64,000 bases of DNA from the human T2T-CHM13v2.0 reference genome, Homo sapiens, in assembly GCF_009914755.1 (NCBI RefSeq), contig NC_060937.1; one strand, 5' to 3'. How positions within the stretch are numbered: position 1 is the stretch's first letter; every line of letters begins with the position of its first letter. Below the pieces are notes generated by a model, which was given only the letters and a program-made list of their open reading frames with translations, was not told the DNA's origin and searched no databases. Shown here in pieces: positions 1 to 16,415 of this stretch. A program made the position numbers and the translations under genes.

Positions 1-410
1 GGAATCAACCTAGGTGCCCGTTGACAGTAGATTGGAAAAAGAAAATGTGGTATATATACACCATGGAATACTACATGGCCATAAAGAAGAACAAAATCAT
101 GGATGCAGCTACAGGCCATTATCCTATGTGAATTAACACAGGAACAGAAAACCAAATACCACATGTTGTCACTTAGAAATGGGAACTAAATATAGGGTAC
201 ACGTGGATATAAAGACAGGAACAATAGACACTGGAGACTACTACAGGGGCAGGGAGGGAGGGGTACACAGGCTAAAAAACTACCTATTGGATACTATGCT
301 CACTACCTGGGTGATGGAATTATTCGTACTCCAAAGCTCAGCATCACACGCTATACCCATGTAACAAACCTGCATATGTACTCCCTGAATCTAAAATAAA
401 AGTTGAAATT
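1..410 (+). mobile_element. LINE-1 3' end (L1PB-like), truncated by window edge
   Basis: Typical L1 ORF2-end/3'UTR motifs (gaaaatgtggtatatatacaccatggaatacta...; catgtaacaaacctgca...ctaaaataaaagttgaaa). Confidence 0.8.
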
Positions 411-529
411 GGGTCAGGTGTGGTGGCTCACGCCTGTAATCCCAGCATTCTGGGAGGCCAAGACGAGCAGATCACAAGGTCAGAGATCGAGACCATCCTG
501 GCTAACACGGTGAAACCTCGTCTCTACTA

Positions 530-811
<282 letters not shown>

Positions 812-2588
812 TCATTAAAATGGTAAATTTTACACTATATACCTTTTACCCCAATTTTTTAAAATCAAATAATCATCCTGTGGGCTTTTATCAAGACTGC
901 ATTAATAAACTCAAAGATACATTTCTAAAATTAAATATAGAAAGGTTTCAGTCCTAAAAAATGTGTTTGGAAAAGTAAAATCATACTGTTTTAATCATGT
1001 CTTGAGAATATAAGTTCAGATTAGGGAAATTCTCAACGGAGCATTTATAAAAGAAATATAGCCTTCTTAGAATTTTCCAGTGCATACAGCAATTTAAACC
1101 AGACCAAACAAATTGCTAAGATGACAGGTCCTTCCAGGGCTTGTCATCTTGATAATTATAAAAATGATGAGCTGTAATTAGAATGTCAGTCATCTTTAAA
1201 TAGTTACTTCTGAAGTACCTCACTAAGATAGTAATTTTTTTGCAAGCCTTCCATGTTTTATTTAGGAAATACTTTCTGAAAAACAATATTAATGTGTTGC
1301 AGCCTGAATTACCACTCTTTATGAGTTATTATTAGGTGAATCAATGACTTTTTTTTTTAACTGTATAAAGATAAAACAAGGGTGCAAGGAAAGAAAAGAG
1401 GAACGCAAAAATGCAAGCAGAGGTAGAAAGAGTGTAACGTCCTTAAAGATAATATGCCAACCCACTTGGCTCTTCGTATTTTCTCTGGCACTTGAAAATA
1501 CATCCTGTATCCCCACTGCACTTATCCTACGTCCATTAGTCCTACAGATCAATATCCCATTCCCTGGGATGGCTTATCCTAGCTATTGGCACTGTCCCTC
1601 AGAGAACTTGTGGCATGAGGAAGAAAAGGTTATTTTACTTTATACTCTGAAAGCAAATTCAGTCAGGACAAACACAGGCCTTCCAATTTTAGAAATCTAC
1701 ATTTAGAACTGGAAGGCTGAAGGAGTAATGTAGCAACTAATCTTTTAATTCCCCTAAGAGCACATTTATTTTACTTTCCCCAAGGAACAAATATTAAGGA
1801 AAGGCTAATTTTATTTTAGTTTATTTTACTGATCTAGCAAAAATATATTTCAACATGCTTATGGAGATTTTAAAAACAACAGGAAATGGAGAGAAATGGT
1901 ACAGGAAAACTGGTTTTGATGAAATAATGTTCTCAATATTAAACAACAGTGGAAATTTAGGGTTGATCTGTAAGCACATGGCTTCCACACAGACCTCAAC
2001 TAACCAGAATGTATTTGTTTGGGCTAGTTTAAATTGCTGTATGTACTGGCTTTTAAATGCCACCAATAGGGTATTCTACCTTTAGATCTGGCTTCTACTG
2101 ACCTTAGAGCTAAGGAAAAGAGTGGGAAAAGAGTAAGCAATCCTTCAGCATTGGCGAGCACCAAGATTCTGACGCTTCTGGTGTCATTTTAGAAGCATGA
2201 AATGAGTTTGTGTCATTCTTTATTATGGAAGCCGATAGCCAGAGGAAACTGGAAGGGCTCTGAATGTTGGAACAATCATTTTAAGTAGCCTAAACATTCT
2301 TCAGCATACAAGCTACAGCAAGCTTTAAACTACTCAAAACAGCAACTTCTAATATGCAAAATGATATTTTTAATTGCAAAAACTTTGAATTAAAGCATTT
2401 ACACATACACTGAAAATTCCTAATAGAGGTTTCTCTATTTTTGTAAACTGAATGGGTGATGATTTTATTTATCAGTTTAAGTTGCTAAGCTGTCTTACGA
2501 AAAAAATTTATTTATAGTTAATGAGCTAGTGATAAAATCTAAAGGGCCTTGGAAAAAAGTACTATTGTATGCTAATGTGAACAAAATC

Positions 2589-2918
2589 CAGTTGTCCCTC
2601 AGTATCTGTGGGGGACCGGTTCCAGGATCTCCTGCAGATACTAAAATCCACAGATGCTCAAGTCCCTGATAGAAAATGGCATAGTATTTGCACATAACCT
2701 ACACACATCCTCCCATATACTTTAAATGATCTCCAGATTACTTATAATACCTAATACAATGTAAATGCTTGGTAAATAGTTGTTAACGTTTATTGCTTGG
2801 GGAATAATGACAAGAAAAAATACTCTACATGTTCAGTACAAATGCAATTTTTAATATTTGCAATTTGAGGCTGGTTGAATCCACAGATGTGGAATCCATG
2901 GATACAGAGAGCTGACTT
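2589..2918. mobile_element. MER2-like TcMar-Tigger non-autonomous DNA transposon
   Basis: ~330 bp with degenerate terminal inverted repeats (cagttgtccctcagtatctgtggg ... ccatggatacagagagctgact) and MER2-like internal text (gatgctcaagtccct..taaaatggcatagtatttgca). Confidence 0.75.
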
Positions 2919-3909
2919 TAATAGCATACATTAATTCTTCTTCTGCAATGACCCCAGATACCAACAATGCCAGGGACATCATAAAGAATACAATCATGGT
3001 CTCTGCCTCTGAGGAACTGAAGGTCTAATGGAAAGTCAGATCCTAAGTAAGTGGAAAACTAGAATGCAAATACAACTGGAATAATTAAGGAAATGAATGT
3101 ATCATGCAAGTATATGGTCCATGTGACACATGTTAATATGTCAAATAGGAAATAATTATGTGCAAACTAGTGACAACTATATAAAAATTGTATATAACAG
3201 AAAACAATTACACGAAATCCCAGAAACCAAATTCTCCATATTCCAGCAGATGATAAAATGTGAGCCTTTCCTCAGTGAAGATCATCCAGTTTCCTAGAAG
3301 AACAAAGTGTTCTTCATAGCCTTCTTCCTTTTTTAGCAATAAATGTTCCATTTGAGCACAAAAGATTGAAGGGTATGACAATCTTTATTTCTGAATCCAT
3401 TTAATTCCAGAAAAACATTCAAATAAGAGAGCTCTACGGTTTGGGGTAAACTTTGGTATACAACATTACAACTTAATGTCTTCCATCTATGCTACAGCAA
3501 AAGCAATTCAAAAACCCTCTCAAGGTACAAACAGCCAAATGTTACTCTTACCAATTTCTTACATATAATTCTGATGGGCTTTTTGAGACTGAGCAAATGC
3601 TGTCTCATTGAGATACCAAATGTATTTCCCAGGTCCAGATAAGCCTCTAAGAATCAGCCTCAAACATTTTTAAATAAAAATAAAACTTAAAACCATTTCA
3701 CCCACTCTATGGTATAAGGGCTGCAAATCACAGGCAAAGTTTCGAAGATGTGCTGAGACACTAATATGTTATTGCCCCAGCTGCTAGAACAGCTGTCATC
3801 CACGTCTCTCTTCTGCAAACACACAGTACTACAAGAATGAAAGGGAGGCCGGGCGTGGTGGCTCACACCTGTAATCCCAGCACTTTGGGAGGCCGAGGCA
3901 GGCGGATCA

Positions 3910-4280
<371 letters not shown>

Positions 4281-5008
4281 TTAGAGAACAGTATGACTAG
4301 TGTTTTAGAATTCTCTGATTGTGCCTACCCTTTGTTTCATAAGTTTTGTTCAAATTCATCACTAATTTTAGAGGAAAATGTAAGTTCCTACAACTGTCAT
4401 TTCCCAACCACTAATAAGTTATTTGACTTGAAGCACAATTTGCAATAATGGCCTCTGTAAGCATTTCTTTAGCCCCATCATCCAAGGGGCTGCTTTCATC
4501 TCATTCATTTCATCTCGTCTCACTTCTAACCTCAGCCATGTGCTCGAAAAGCAAACGAACCAAGTGGCAATAGCATTAGCAGTGAAAAAAATAACATATC
4601 TAGGGTTGTGCAGCTGACTGAGATCTTATAAAAGTATTGCTTTTATAGGATACTGTTGTTTTCAAAAGGAAACCAGAAAAGAAATATCGATGATTAGAAA
4701 TAATGTTTTTTCTGTAAGTTTGTTCTTTGTTAAACCAAACAAACAGGTGTCACAAAACAGAACAAAAAAACCAATGATGGGTCAAAGTTTAAAGAAATGG
4801 ATAGATGGCTGGGTGAAGTGGCTCACACCTGTAATCCCAGCATTTTAGGAGGCGAAGGCAGGAGGATCACTTGAACCCAGGAGTTCAAGACCAGCCTGGG
4901 CAACATGGCGAGACTCCATTGCCTTAAAAATAAAAAGATTAGCCAGTCATAATGGTGTGCGCCTGTAGTTAGTCCCAGCTACTCAAGAGGCTGAGGTGGG
5001 AGGATCAC

Positions 5009-5088
5009 CTGAGTCCAGGAGGTTGAGGCTGCAGTGAGCCGTGTTCACACCACTGTATTCCAGTCTGGGCAAGAGAGCAAGATCCTGT
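5009..5088 (-). other. RCBTB1: RCBTB1 non-coding exon 2 (5'UTR), an exonised antisense AluJ right arm
   Basis: Minus strand reads tttctttttcAG|acaggatcttgctctcttgcccagactgg...cctcctggactcag|GTgatcc: polypyrimidine tract plus AG acceptor and a GT donor, 80 nt. Matches my recollection of the RCBTB1 mRNA 5'UTR directly after exon 1. Confidence 0.8.
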
Positions 5089-5399
5089 CTGAAAAAGAAA
5101 AAAGAAATGGATAAAACATAATACTTCATTTTATTTTCCAAATGAATTCAAGGCTGGAATTGGTGGGTCAAATTCAAATCTAAATATGGTTTCATGAATC
5201 TTTCTCATGTGGATACCCCAAAAGTGATTTCATCTATTAGTCCCCAGTTGTATGAAAAGTATCAACTGTACCCTGCAATGACCTAAAGCCAAACTGAAAT
5301 TCCAGCAATGGACTGGCAGAACCATACACTATTAATTCAATAAATTTTCTTAGGTAAACAGGACACAGAGCCAACACCAACAGAAATTACATGGGGTTG

Positions 5400-6768
<1,369 letters not shown>

Positions 6769-7888
6769 TCATCTGATGTCAGGAGTTCGAGACCGGCCTG
6801 GCCAACATGGTGAAACCCCATCTCTATTAAAAATACAAAAATTAGCTGGGCATAGTGGTGGGTGCCTGTAATCGCAGCTACTCAGGACCCTGAGGCAGGA
6901 GAATCGCTTGAACTCGGGAGACGGAGGTTGCAGTGAGCCAAGATCACACCACTGCACTCCAGCCTGGGCAACAAAAGCAAAATTCTGTCTCTAAATAAAT
7001 AAATAAATAAATAAATGCAAGAGAAACTGTAGAAAGGAGCAAGTCTTCCTTTTCTTCCTTCCACAAGAGGAGGAGGAAAGGGTGAATGTGAATGAAAGCC
7101 AGTTTAAAGGTTAGGAATCCAGATGCTGGAGACATACTCATTCTCTCATTCTCATTCTCTCTCCCCGCTGAGTCTCCATTTTACATGCCCACCGGCAATG
7201 TACAACAGTGCTGCTTTCTCCAGTATTTACTGTCTTTTGTATTATACCCATCCTAGTGGATGGGAGGTGGTATCTCATGGTTTTGATTGGCATTTGGAGA
7301 CCATTCTCTTCTGAGGTCACCTATTTTTCCCTATGAAGAAAGAGTTAGGCTTTTTGCTAAGAGTAAGAGGGGAGGTAGCAATAAACAGTGGAGTGGAGGC
7401 CGGGTGTGGTTGCTCACGCCTGTAATCCCAACATTTTGGGAGGCCAAGGCGGGAGGACTGCTTGAGGCTAGGTGTTCAAGACCAGCCTGGGCAACATAGG
7501 GAGACCCTGTCTCTACAAAAAATAAAAAAATTAGTCGAATGTGGTGGTGCGCACCTGTGGTCCCAGCTACTTGGGAGTGGGGAGGATCACTTGAGCCTGG
7601 GAGTTTGAGGCTGCAGTGAGCTATGATCACATGGCACACTGTACTCCAGACTGGGCGACATAGTGAGACCCTGTCTCAAAAAGAAAAAAGTGGAGTGGAG
7701 CAATTGGGGGTAAAATGGTGAAGTCTGAAGCAGTCACCAGGGAGGATGGGAAAGAGCACTGAGCAGAGAAACCTAGCAGGATGGTAAGACCAAGCCCAGA
7801 GAAAGCTGGAGACCGTAAGTCTTTAGAGGTACCCATCTGGTCTCCTCTGTGAGCTTTTCTACCCCAGGAAAGAAGTGTGCTTTTGTGT

Positions 7889-7913
7889 ATGTGTGTGTGT
7901 GTGTGTGTGTGTG
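7889..7913. repeat. (TG)n microsatellite
   Basis: About 12 TG units. Confidence 0.9.
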
Positions 7914-9699
7914 TTTTAAATGTGATCTAACACACAGTTGACTTATATAATTATTTCATTAACTGATCTCCTCTACTAAGTCTATTCTGGCTAAATTCAG
8001 ACAACACTCATCATACCCCTCTTGTGCATTCTTCAGCACGTACACAACATGTACTTTTTTTTTTTGAGATGGAGTCTCACTGTGTCGCCCAGGCTGGAGT
8101 GCAGTGGCACAATCTCGGCTCACTGCAACCTCTGCCTCCCCAGGTCAGGTAATTCTCGTACCTCAGCCTCCTGAGTAGCTGGGACTACAGGCGCACACCA
8201 CCACGCCCAGCTAATTTTTTGTATTTTTAGTAGAGACGGGGTTTCACCATGTTGGCCAAGCTGGTCTTGAACTCCTGGCCTCGTGTAATCTGTCGCCTCA
8301 ATCTCCCAAAATGCTGGGATTACAGATGTAAGCCACTGCGCCTGGCCAATATGTAACATTTTTAACTTTTTGTAAAACCAGAGAATATTTTGAAATGTGT
8401 CCGAATGCCCTGCCTAGATTCTAGACTCTGTGAGGCCCCAGCCTCCTTTCCTATGCATGACTTACTGTTTAATGTAGTACACACAGAAGGGATATCATCA
8501 TCATAATAAAGGTCCTCACTTTCCTTCACAGTTTCATCTACCCCACAATGACTCCCAGGAAAAGGAGGGTACTGTTTCAGACTTCCCAGCTCCCGTATAT
8601 TAGGTGGAGCCAAGTTCTTGCTGCAGCATACGGGCACGCTTTAAAATTTTCAAATCATTTTTTAAAAGCTACAAGCTTGACAGCTTTGGGTTTTTATGGC
8701 TACTTGTTTTCTGAAGTTCACAGAACTTTATCATTTGGATCACACACTTAAAAAAATCACTTGCAAAAATTCTCTTTAAAGATGAATATGCTTCCTCTTC
8801 AAGAGAAACAGACTAGCGGGTAGAAGAAAAAGGACCCGTCTAGAGTATTAATAAATAGACTGATATTCACACAATGGATTAAATGGATTAAAGTCCATCC
8901 CACAGATGAACTGTTATATTAATAGAATCCAAATATACAGTTACATCCTCGACCCTGAAAGCAGTTTAAACGGGTGAAATTCACCCAGTGCTCACTTGAA
9001 ATGAGTACTCTAAAGTTTAAAGCACCTATAAACTGCCCTCAGGATTCAATCATTTTTCCATTCCTTCCGGCATTATATACTTTGATGTTTTAATGTTATT
9101 AGCCCACAATACACACCAGTTTCAGAAACTCAGTTTTTGTCCTCTAAGGGCTTTTAGTCCTCCCAAAAAAAGAATAGGGCAAAAGCAAGGAAGATCATGA
9201 ATCTGGTTTTCTAAAAGCATTATTACAAGACTGCTTTATAAAATTGTAATCCCCAGCTGCAGAGTTCCGCAGATGGCTTGAAAGTGTCTTACATGCAAAT
9301 AAATGAAAACAAAAGGCCACTTATGCGAGCAGAACACAGCGTGCTCGATAGTCATCTTAAACCGAGCAGGTAGGTACTTTATCAGAGGCAGACAAGGGAA
9401 ACGTCACTTATTTAGAGTTCACCGCACGCCTGGATAAAGGTCCTCACTAACAAAATCCCTGCCTTTGTGGATTCTGTGTCGGAAAGGGAAACGATAAAGA
9501 ATACGGTTTGTGACAGCACTACTCTCAGGAAACGAAGGAGAGATGCTAAGATCTTGGAAAGGAGAGAGAATAGGAAGAGTCGGAGGGGAGATCTCCTCTC
9601 AGTAAAACGGCACCCACAACAGTCAGACTTCAGCTACGAGCAAAATCGAGTCCGTGCACCTCAAAAAAGAGAGGGAGGCAGGGAAAACTTTCCCTCGCC

Positions 9700-10560
9700 T
9701 CTCCCCATCCTTCCCTCCTCCTCGCAGGAGAGCACATTAGCTGAGGTGCTGGCGGGGCCGGGCCGGGGACCCCATCCCTCGCCCCGGACGCAGCGCCCGC
9801 AGGGACTGCCCGGGAGCCCGAGCGAGGGAGGCGGGAGGTACAGGAGTAACGGGGCACACCCGGCCCGGCCTGCGGGGAAGGGAAGCAGGGGCAGGGCCGA
9901 GGGGGAAGAGGCCTCCGCGAGCTCGACCCCGCGCCCACACGCTACCTGCGAGGTCAGCTGCTGCCGCGCCGTCCCGCGGGACCGCAGGGATCTCCGAAGC
10001 TCCAATGGGCGCAGAAGTGCGAGCGAGCGGCGGTGCCCACCGGCAGCGAAGAGGAGGAGCGCCAGGGCGCCGGGCCCGCCGGGTCACGTGGCCCCGGCCG
10101 CCTCACGTGACCCGGTGCAGCGCGCGCCCGGGACGCTACCCAGCCGAGCATCCCGCACCGCCCCGGCCCCGGCCCCGGCCCCGGCCGAAACCCTGCTCTT
10201 CGGGCCCTACAACCCGACTTCTTTAGAAGCCGATTGGCCGTCTCAGGCCCGCCCCGAGGCCCTGCCACTGGAGTGTCCCCATGAAATCCGGTGGCTGCTG
10301 CCGGGACTTAGAGGCTTTTGTGTCTGAGGAACCAGGAACGCGCGAGGCACGGGCTCCTGCTCTGCTCCCCGAGATGGCTTGGCTGTGGGGAGGGTCGGCC
10401 TACCACCCCAGAGACCTAGGACGGAAAAGCGACCGAGAAACTTGGCTCCCTGCCCACTCTAGAGCGCGTCTGGCCCCGGGGCACCACCCAGGTGGTGCTG
10501 CCTGGGAGGAAAGGCGGCGGAGCTGGGACTAGTTTGTTTTTACTGGAGACGCGCCTCCCT
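9700..10560. promoter_or_regulatory. RCBTB1: CpG island / RCBTB1 promoter
   Basis: Very high GC and CpG density; two CACGTG E-boxes (10085-10090, 10104-10109), CCAAT on minus strand (ATTGG 10233-10237), GC box cccgcccc 10248-10255. Confidence 0.9.
9946..10060 (-). other. RCBTB1: RCBTB1 non-coding exon 1 (5' boundary approximate)
   Basis: Minus-strand donor ...cagctgacctcgcag|GTagcg at 9946/9945 inside the CpG island. Head-to-head position ~43 kb from ARL11 fits known 13q14 gene order. Confidence 0.75.
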
Positions 10561-12621
10561 CCCTCCCCGCCCCTCACTTCCTGATTGAAAGTACCTGAGG
10601 CAGGCCAGGGACTAGGGAAGGTGGCAGCTGGACAAAGGTATGAAGGAAGGACGAGATGAGGCACAGGTCCTGGTATTGGAAAGAGGCAGAGGTACCTCGG
10701 AAGCATGCCATAGAGGTTAGACGGGACCTAAGAGGGCATCTGGTCCAACCGGATTCGTGTTACCAGCGAGTAAACTGAGGCCAGGAGAGGGACTGCTACG
10801 AGCTGCTCCAGCCTATCACCTATAAAGACTACAGTCCCTTTGTAAAATACCATACAGCTCTCGGAGAACTCCCAGTTGGCGCTGCAGGATAAAATCCAAA
10901 CTTGTTGGCATAGCATTCCAGCCACTTGTTCACTTACCTTTCCCATTTGAGCTCCTAGGAATAAACAGAAAAACATTTCATTTTCTAAATATCACCAGAT
11001 AACTTCACTTTTGGTAACTTGAATTATTAAAAAAGTCCTACCGTCCCTCATCTCTTGCCACTTCCCCAACATTACTGGAGGCTCTGGCTACAAATAATTT
11101 GTTTTCCTTGACTACTCAACTTTCTTTGGATTATTTACTTTTTCTCTAAGTTTCTTTACTCCTTTTTGCTTTGTTCATTCTTTTGTCTGTATCTGAAATG
11201 TCCTGAATCACCACCTCCCCCACTTAAAGAAAACCAGGGCCAATGATTAAAAAAAAAAAAAAAGGTATTAAGAAACTAATGCAATAAGAGAATTGAGCTT
11301 AGTTCTGTATCTATTCTGAGGTCTCGCTCCTGTTGCACTAGTTCCTGAATAAAATGTTTTTACCACTTCAACTACTGTTTGGCTCTGGTTTTCTTCAACA
11401 GCCTCCAAAGTACACATCAGTTTCCTACTCATCTTTCAAAATCCAGGTCAAATGCCGCCTACTCTTGTCTTCCCAGCATCCTCTTCCCTGATTTTTTAGC
11501 AATTGAAGTTCATCCAGACAGTGTCAGCTGCAACTTCTTCCCTGATTTCCAGAATACTATATATATTCTGATACACCTCACACTGCCCAGAAATAGACTG
11601 CGCATTTCCTGTAAAAGGTGAATTGTCTATTGCTGTCTTCTCCCTTAGATTATAAACTCTTTGAAACAGGATTCTTCTGGGTTTAGAACAGCGCCTGGCA
11701 TGTGATAGACCCTTAATACTCACTGAATGAAGTGGCTTGCCCAAAGTAGTGGCAGTTGAGTGAATTTACTAGAAGAGGCCTGTTTTGCTCAAAGAAACTA
11801 AAATCAGTTTCTTTTGGTTGCAACCCGATCAAAAGAACTTGTGTAAACATGTCTGAGAGAAAAACGAGGGCATGGGGTGTGAGTAATCAAATATGTCCTG
11901 AGCCCTCACTGCTTATGTGTCAGATGCCATACTTGGAGCATCTTGGAGGATTAAAAGCTGAATGAGACATGGTTGCTGATAAGGAATGTGTAGTCTGGTT
12001 CATTATTCCAGTACAGGGTGAAAAGTATTATGATACAAGGTGCTAAGTGAACACAAACCAGGGACCACAAATCAGGGAGTCAGGGAGAAACTTCATGAGA
12101 AGGTCAGTTGGACAGGAAGTAGATAAGAAGAAAGAAAAAGACATTCCAGGAGAGAGCAATGTGTTCAAAAGTAGTGACACATGAAACAGTACTATTTGTT
12201 TAGGAAAAAACAAACAGGTAGGTGCAGTGGCTCATGCCTGTAATCCCAGGCCAAGGCAGGCAAATCACTTGAGGTCAAGAGTTCAAGACCAGCCTGGCCA
12301 ACTTTGGAAAACCCTGTCTCTACTAGAAATACAAAAATTAGCCAGCTGTGGTGGCACGTGCCTGTAATCCCAGCTACTTGAGAGGCTGAGGCACAAAAAT
12401 CACTTGAACCCAGGAGGCAGAGGTTGTAGTGTGAGCCAAGATCGCATCACTGCATTCCAGCCTGGGTGACAGAGTGAGACTCTGTCTCAAAAAAACAAAA
12501 ACAAGTAACCCTATATTGATGCCTTGATGACTTCATTCACATCTAGGATAAAGGAAACCAAATTAGGTTAATTTTAATATACTTGAAAGAATGACATATT
12601 TACTGGTATTGGTGTTATTTA

Positions 12622-12873
<252 letters not shown>

Positions 12874-13597
12874 CTATGATTATTATGTAAAAATACCAAA
12901 ATTACTTGTTCCAAAGAAGATGATTTTTTTTATTTTTTGAGACAGCGTCTTGCTCTGTTGCTCAAGCTGTACTGCAGTGGCATGATCATAACTCACTGCA
13001 GCTTCAACCTCCATGGGCTCAAGTGATCTTCCCACCTCAGCACCTCAGCCTCCTGAGTAGCTAGGACCACAGGTGAGGGCCATCAGGCTGGGCTAATTTA
13101 TATTTTCTGTGGAGACGGGGTTTGCCATGTTGGCCAGCCTGGTCTCGAACTCCTGAGCTCAAGCAGTTTGCCTACCTCAGTCTCTCAAAGTGCCAAGATT
13201 ACAGGTGTGAGCCACCATGCCTGGCCCCAAAGAAGATTATTTTAGAGCACTCCAAACCTTTCCTTTAGAGCAAAATAATTCAATTAACAGGTAGTACTTT
13301 AAGACAGAAACTGGGCTTAACCTCCAGCATGTGAAAAGGGAGAACCACTCCACTTAATGCTAACACATGATTACGTTGGGAAAAGTACCTGTCAAGAACC
13401 TAATAAAATATCATAAGGTTTGTCCGGACATGGTGGCTCACGCCTGTAATCCCAGCACTTTGGGAGGCCAAGGCAGGTAGATCACTTGAGGTCAGGAGTT
13501 TGAAACCAGCCTGGCCAACCTGGTGAAACCCTGTCTCTACTAAAAATACAAAAGTTAGCTGGGTGTGGTGGTGGGCACCTGTAATCCCAGCTACTCA

Positions 13598-14090
<493 letters not shown>

Positions 14091-14733
14091 TAATTATGGA
14101 ATTTCTTCACTGTCCATGTCAGTTGATGGTGAAATGTTTATTTTTTATTCATTAGCAGTGGTCCTTGTTCCACCTGCATTTAGCTGTGGTAGCACCATGG
14201 CTTATTAGGAGGTCACCAACTTCTGGTGGGAGATACGCAGTCTCTAGTCTTCTGAGACATAGAAGTTCTGACTGCAATTGACTATGAAGCAGGACTGGTC
14301 CTCTGAATGTTAACATGCATCTTGAAGACTTCTTAGAGTGACCCTGGGATGATGATGGAGGTAGTAAGAATATTCTCAGATGGGGCTTGACTCACTGATT
14401 TGGAATATTAAAGGTGAAGTTACCTGGGACAAACTCAGTGACTTTATGAGGAAACAATCAGAGAAATACATAATAGCGGACAAGAACCTTTCTAGCCTTG
14501 GTTTCCTCAAAAAGTTAAATTTAGGGGGAAGGCCAGGCACGGTGGCTCACACCTGTAATCATAACACTTTGGGAGGCCAAGGTAGGCAGATCACTTGAGG
14601 TCAGGAGTTCGAAACTAGGCTGGCCAACATGGTGAAACTCCATCTCTACTAAAAATATTTTAAAACGTTAGCCCAGCGTGGTGGCAGGCACCTGTAATCC
14701 CAGCTACTTGGGCGGCTCAGTCAGGAGAATTTA

Positions 14734-14841
<108 letters not shown>

Positions 14842-15354
14842 TCAAAAAAAAATTAAAATTGAAAAATTAGGGGGTTAAAAAAAAGAGGGGGACTGTTCTA
14901 GATTAAAAGAGACTAAAGAAACATGAAATTCAAATAAAGTGCATGAACCTTAGGTAGAATCCTGGTTCCAATTTTATTTTTTAAGAGATGGGGGTCTCAC
15001 TCTGTCACCCAGCCTGGAGTGCAGTGGCACCATCACAGCCCACTGCAGCCTCAAACTCCTGGGCTCAAAAGATCCTCTGGCCTTGGCCTCCTAAAAGGTT
15101 GGGATTACAGGTGTGAGTCACCACGCCCAGCCCCTTGGTTCCAATTTTTTTAAGCTATAAATAATATTTTGTAAAGAATCAGAAATTTAATATGGACTGG
15201 ATATTAGATAGTATTAGGAGATTACTGGGTTTTTTAGATGTGGTAATAGTAATATTAAGAACATCCTGGCTGGGCATGGTGGCTTATGCCTGTAATCCCA
15301 GCCCTTTGGGAGGCTAAGGCGGGAGGATTGCTTGAGCCCAGGAGTCTGAGACTA

Positions 15355-15621
<267 letters not shown>

Positions 15622-16415
15622 TTAAGGACAGAGTGTAATGAGGTCTGCAAATGGTTCACACAAAAAATTAATACTGTATATATCCATGTCCATAAAGAAA
15701 GAGAAAATATGGCAAAATGTTTGCAATTGTTAAATCGAGGAGCTATTATTTATACTTTTATTTAAACTTTGAAATTTTCTTTCTTTTTTTTTTTTTTTTT
15801 TGATATGGCGTCTCGCTCTCTTGCCCAGGTTGGACTGCAGTGGCGTGATCTCAGCTCACTGCAACCTCCACCTCTGAGGTTCAAGTGACTCTCATGCCTC
15901 AGCCTCCCCAGTAGCTAGGATTACAGGTGTGCACCATCACGTCTGGCTAATTTTTGTATTTTTAGTAGAGATGGGGTTTCACTATGTGTGATCCACCCAC
16001 TTTGACCTCCCAAAGTGCTGGGATTACAGATGAGAGCCACCACGTCCGGCTAAACTTTGAAATTTTCATAGCAAAATGTTGTAAGGTGGGATGAGATGTG
16101 CCCTTTATATTTCAAACTAAGAAAGCAGGATATTTCAGTAATTTATTTATTCATAAAGATCTTTTGAATGCCTGCCATGTGCTAGGCACTGTAATAAGGT
16201 CTGGGTGTACCTTGGTGATTAAAACAGTAATGTTCTCTTTTATAAATGTTATGCTGCATTACCCAATCTCTCCTTTAAGACTGAAGGATTTATTCCCCCA
16301 GCTTTTGGGAAGCTTGTATGCTGACAGCCTTCTTCAGTGACTGTCTTGCTAAAGAAAGCTGCCTTATTCAAGGTCCAGTCACCTTCTAGGGGCAGCCTGC
16401 AACAAATGACTAGTC

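Noticed and set aside
9467-10327. 286-aa plus-strand ORF over the CpG island
   Set aside because: GTG start, Arg/Pro/Gly/Ala-rich low-complexity product, antisense to RCBTB1 exon 1; expected from stop-codon scarcity in GC-rich DNA.
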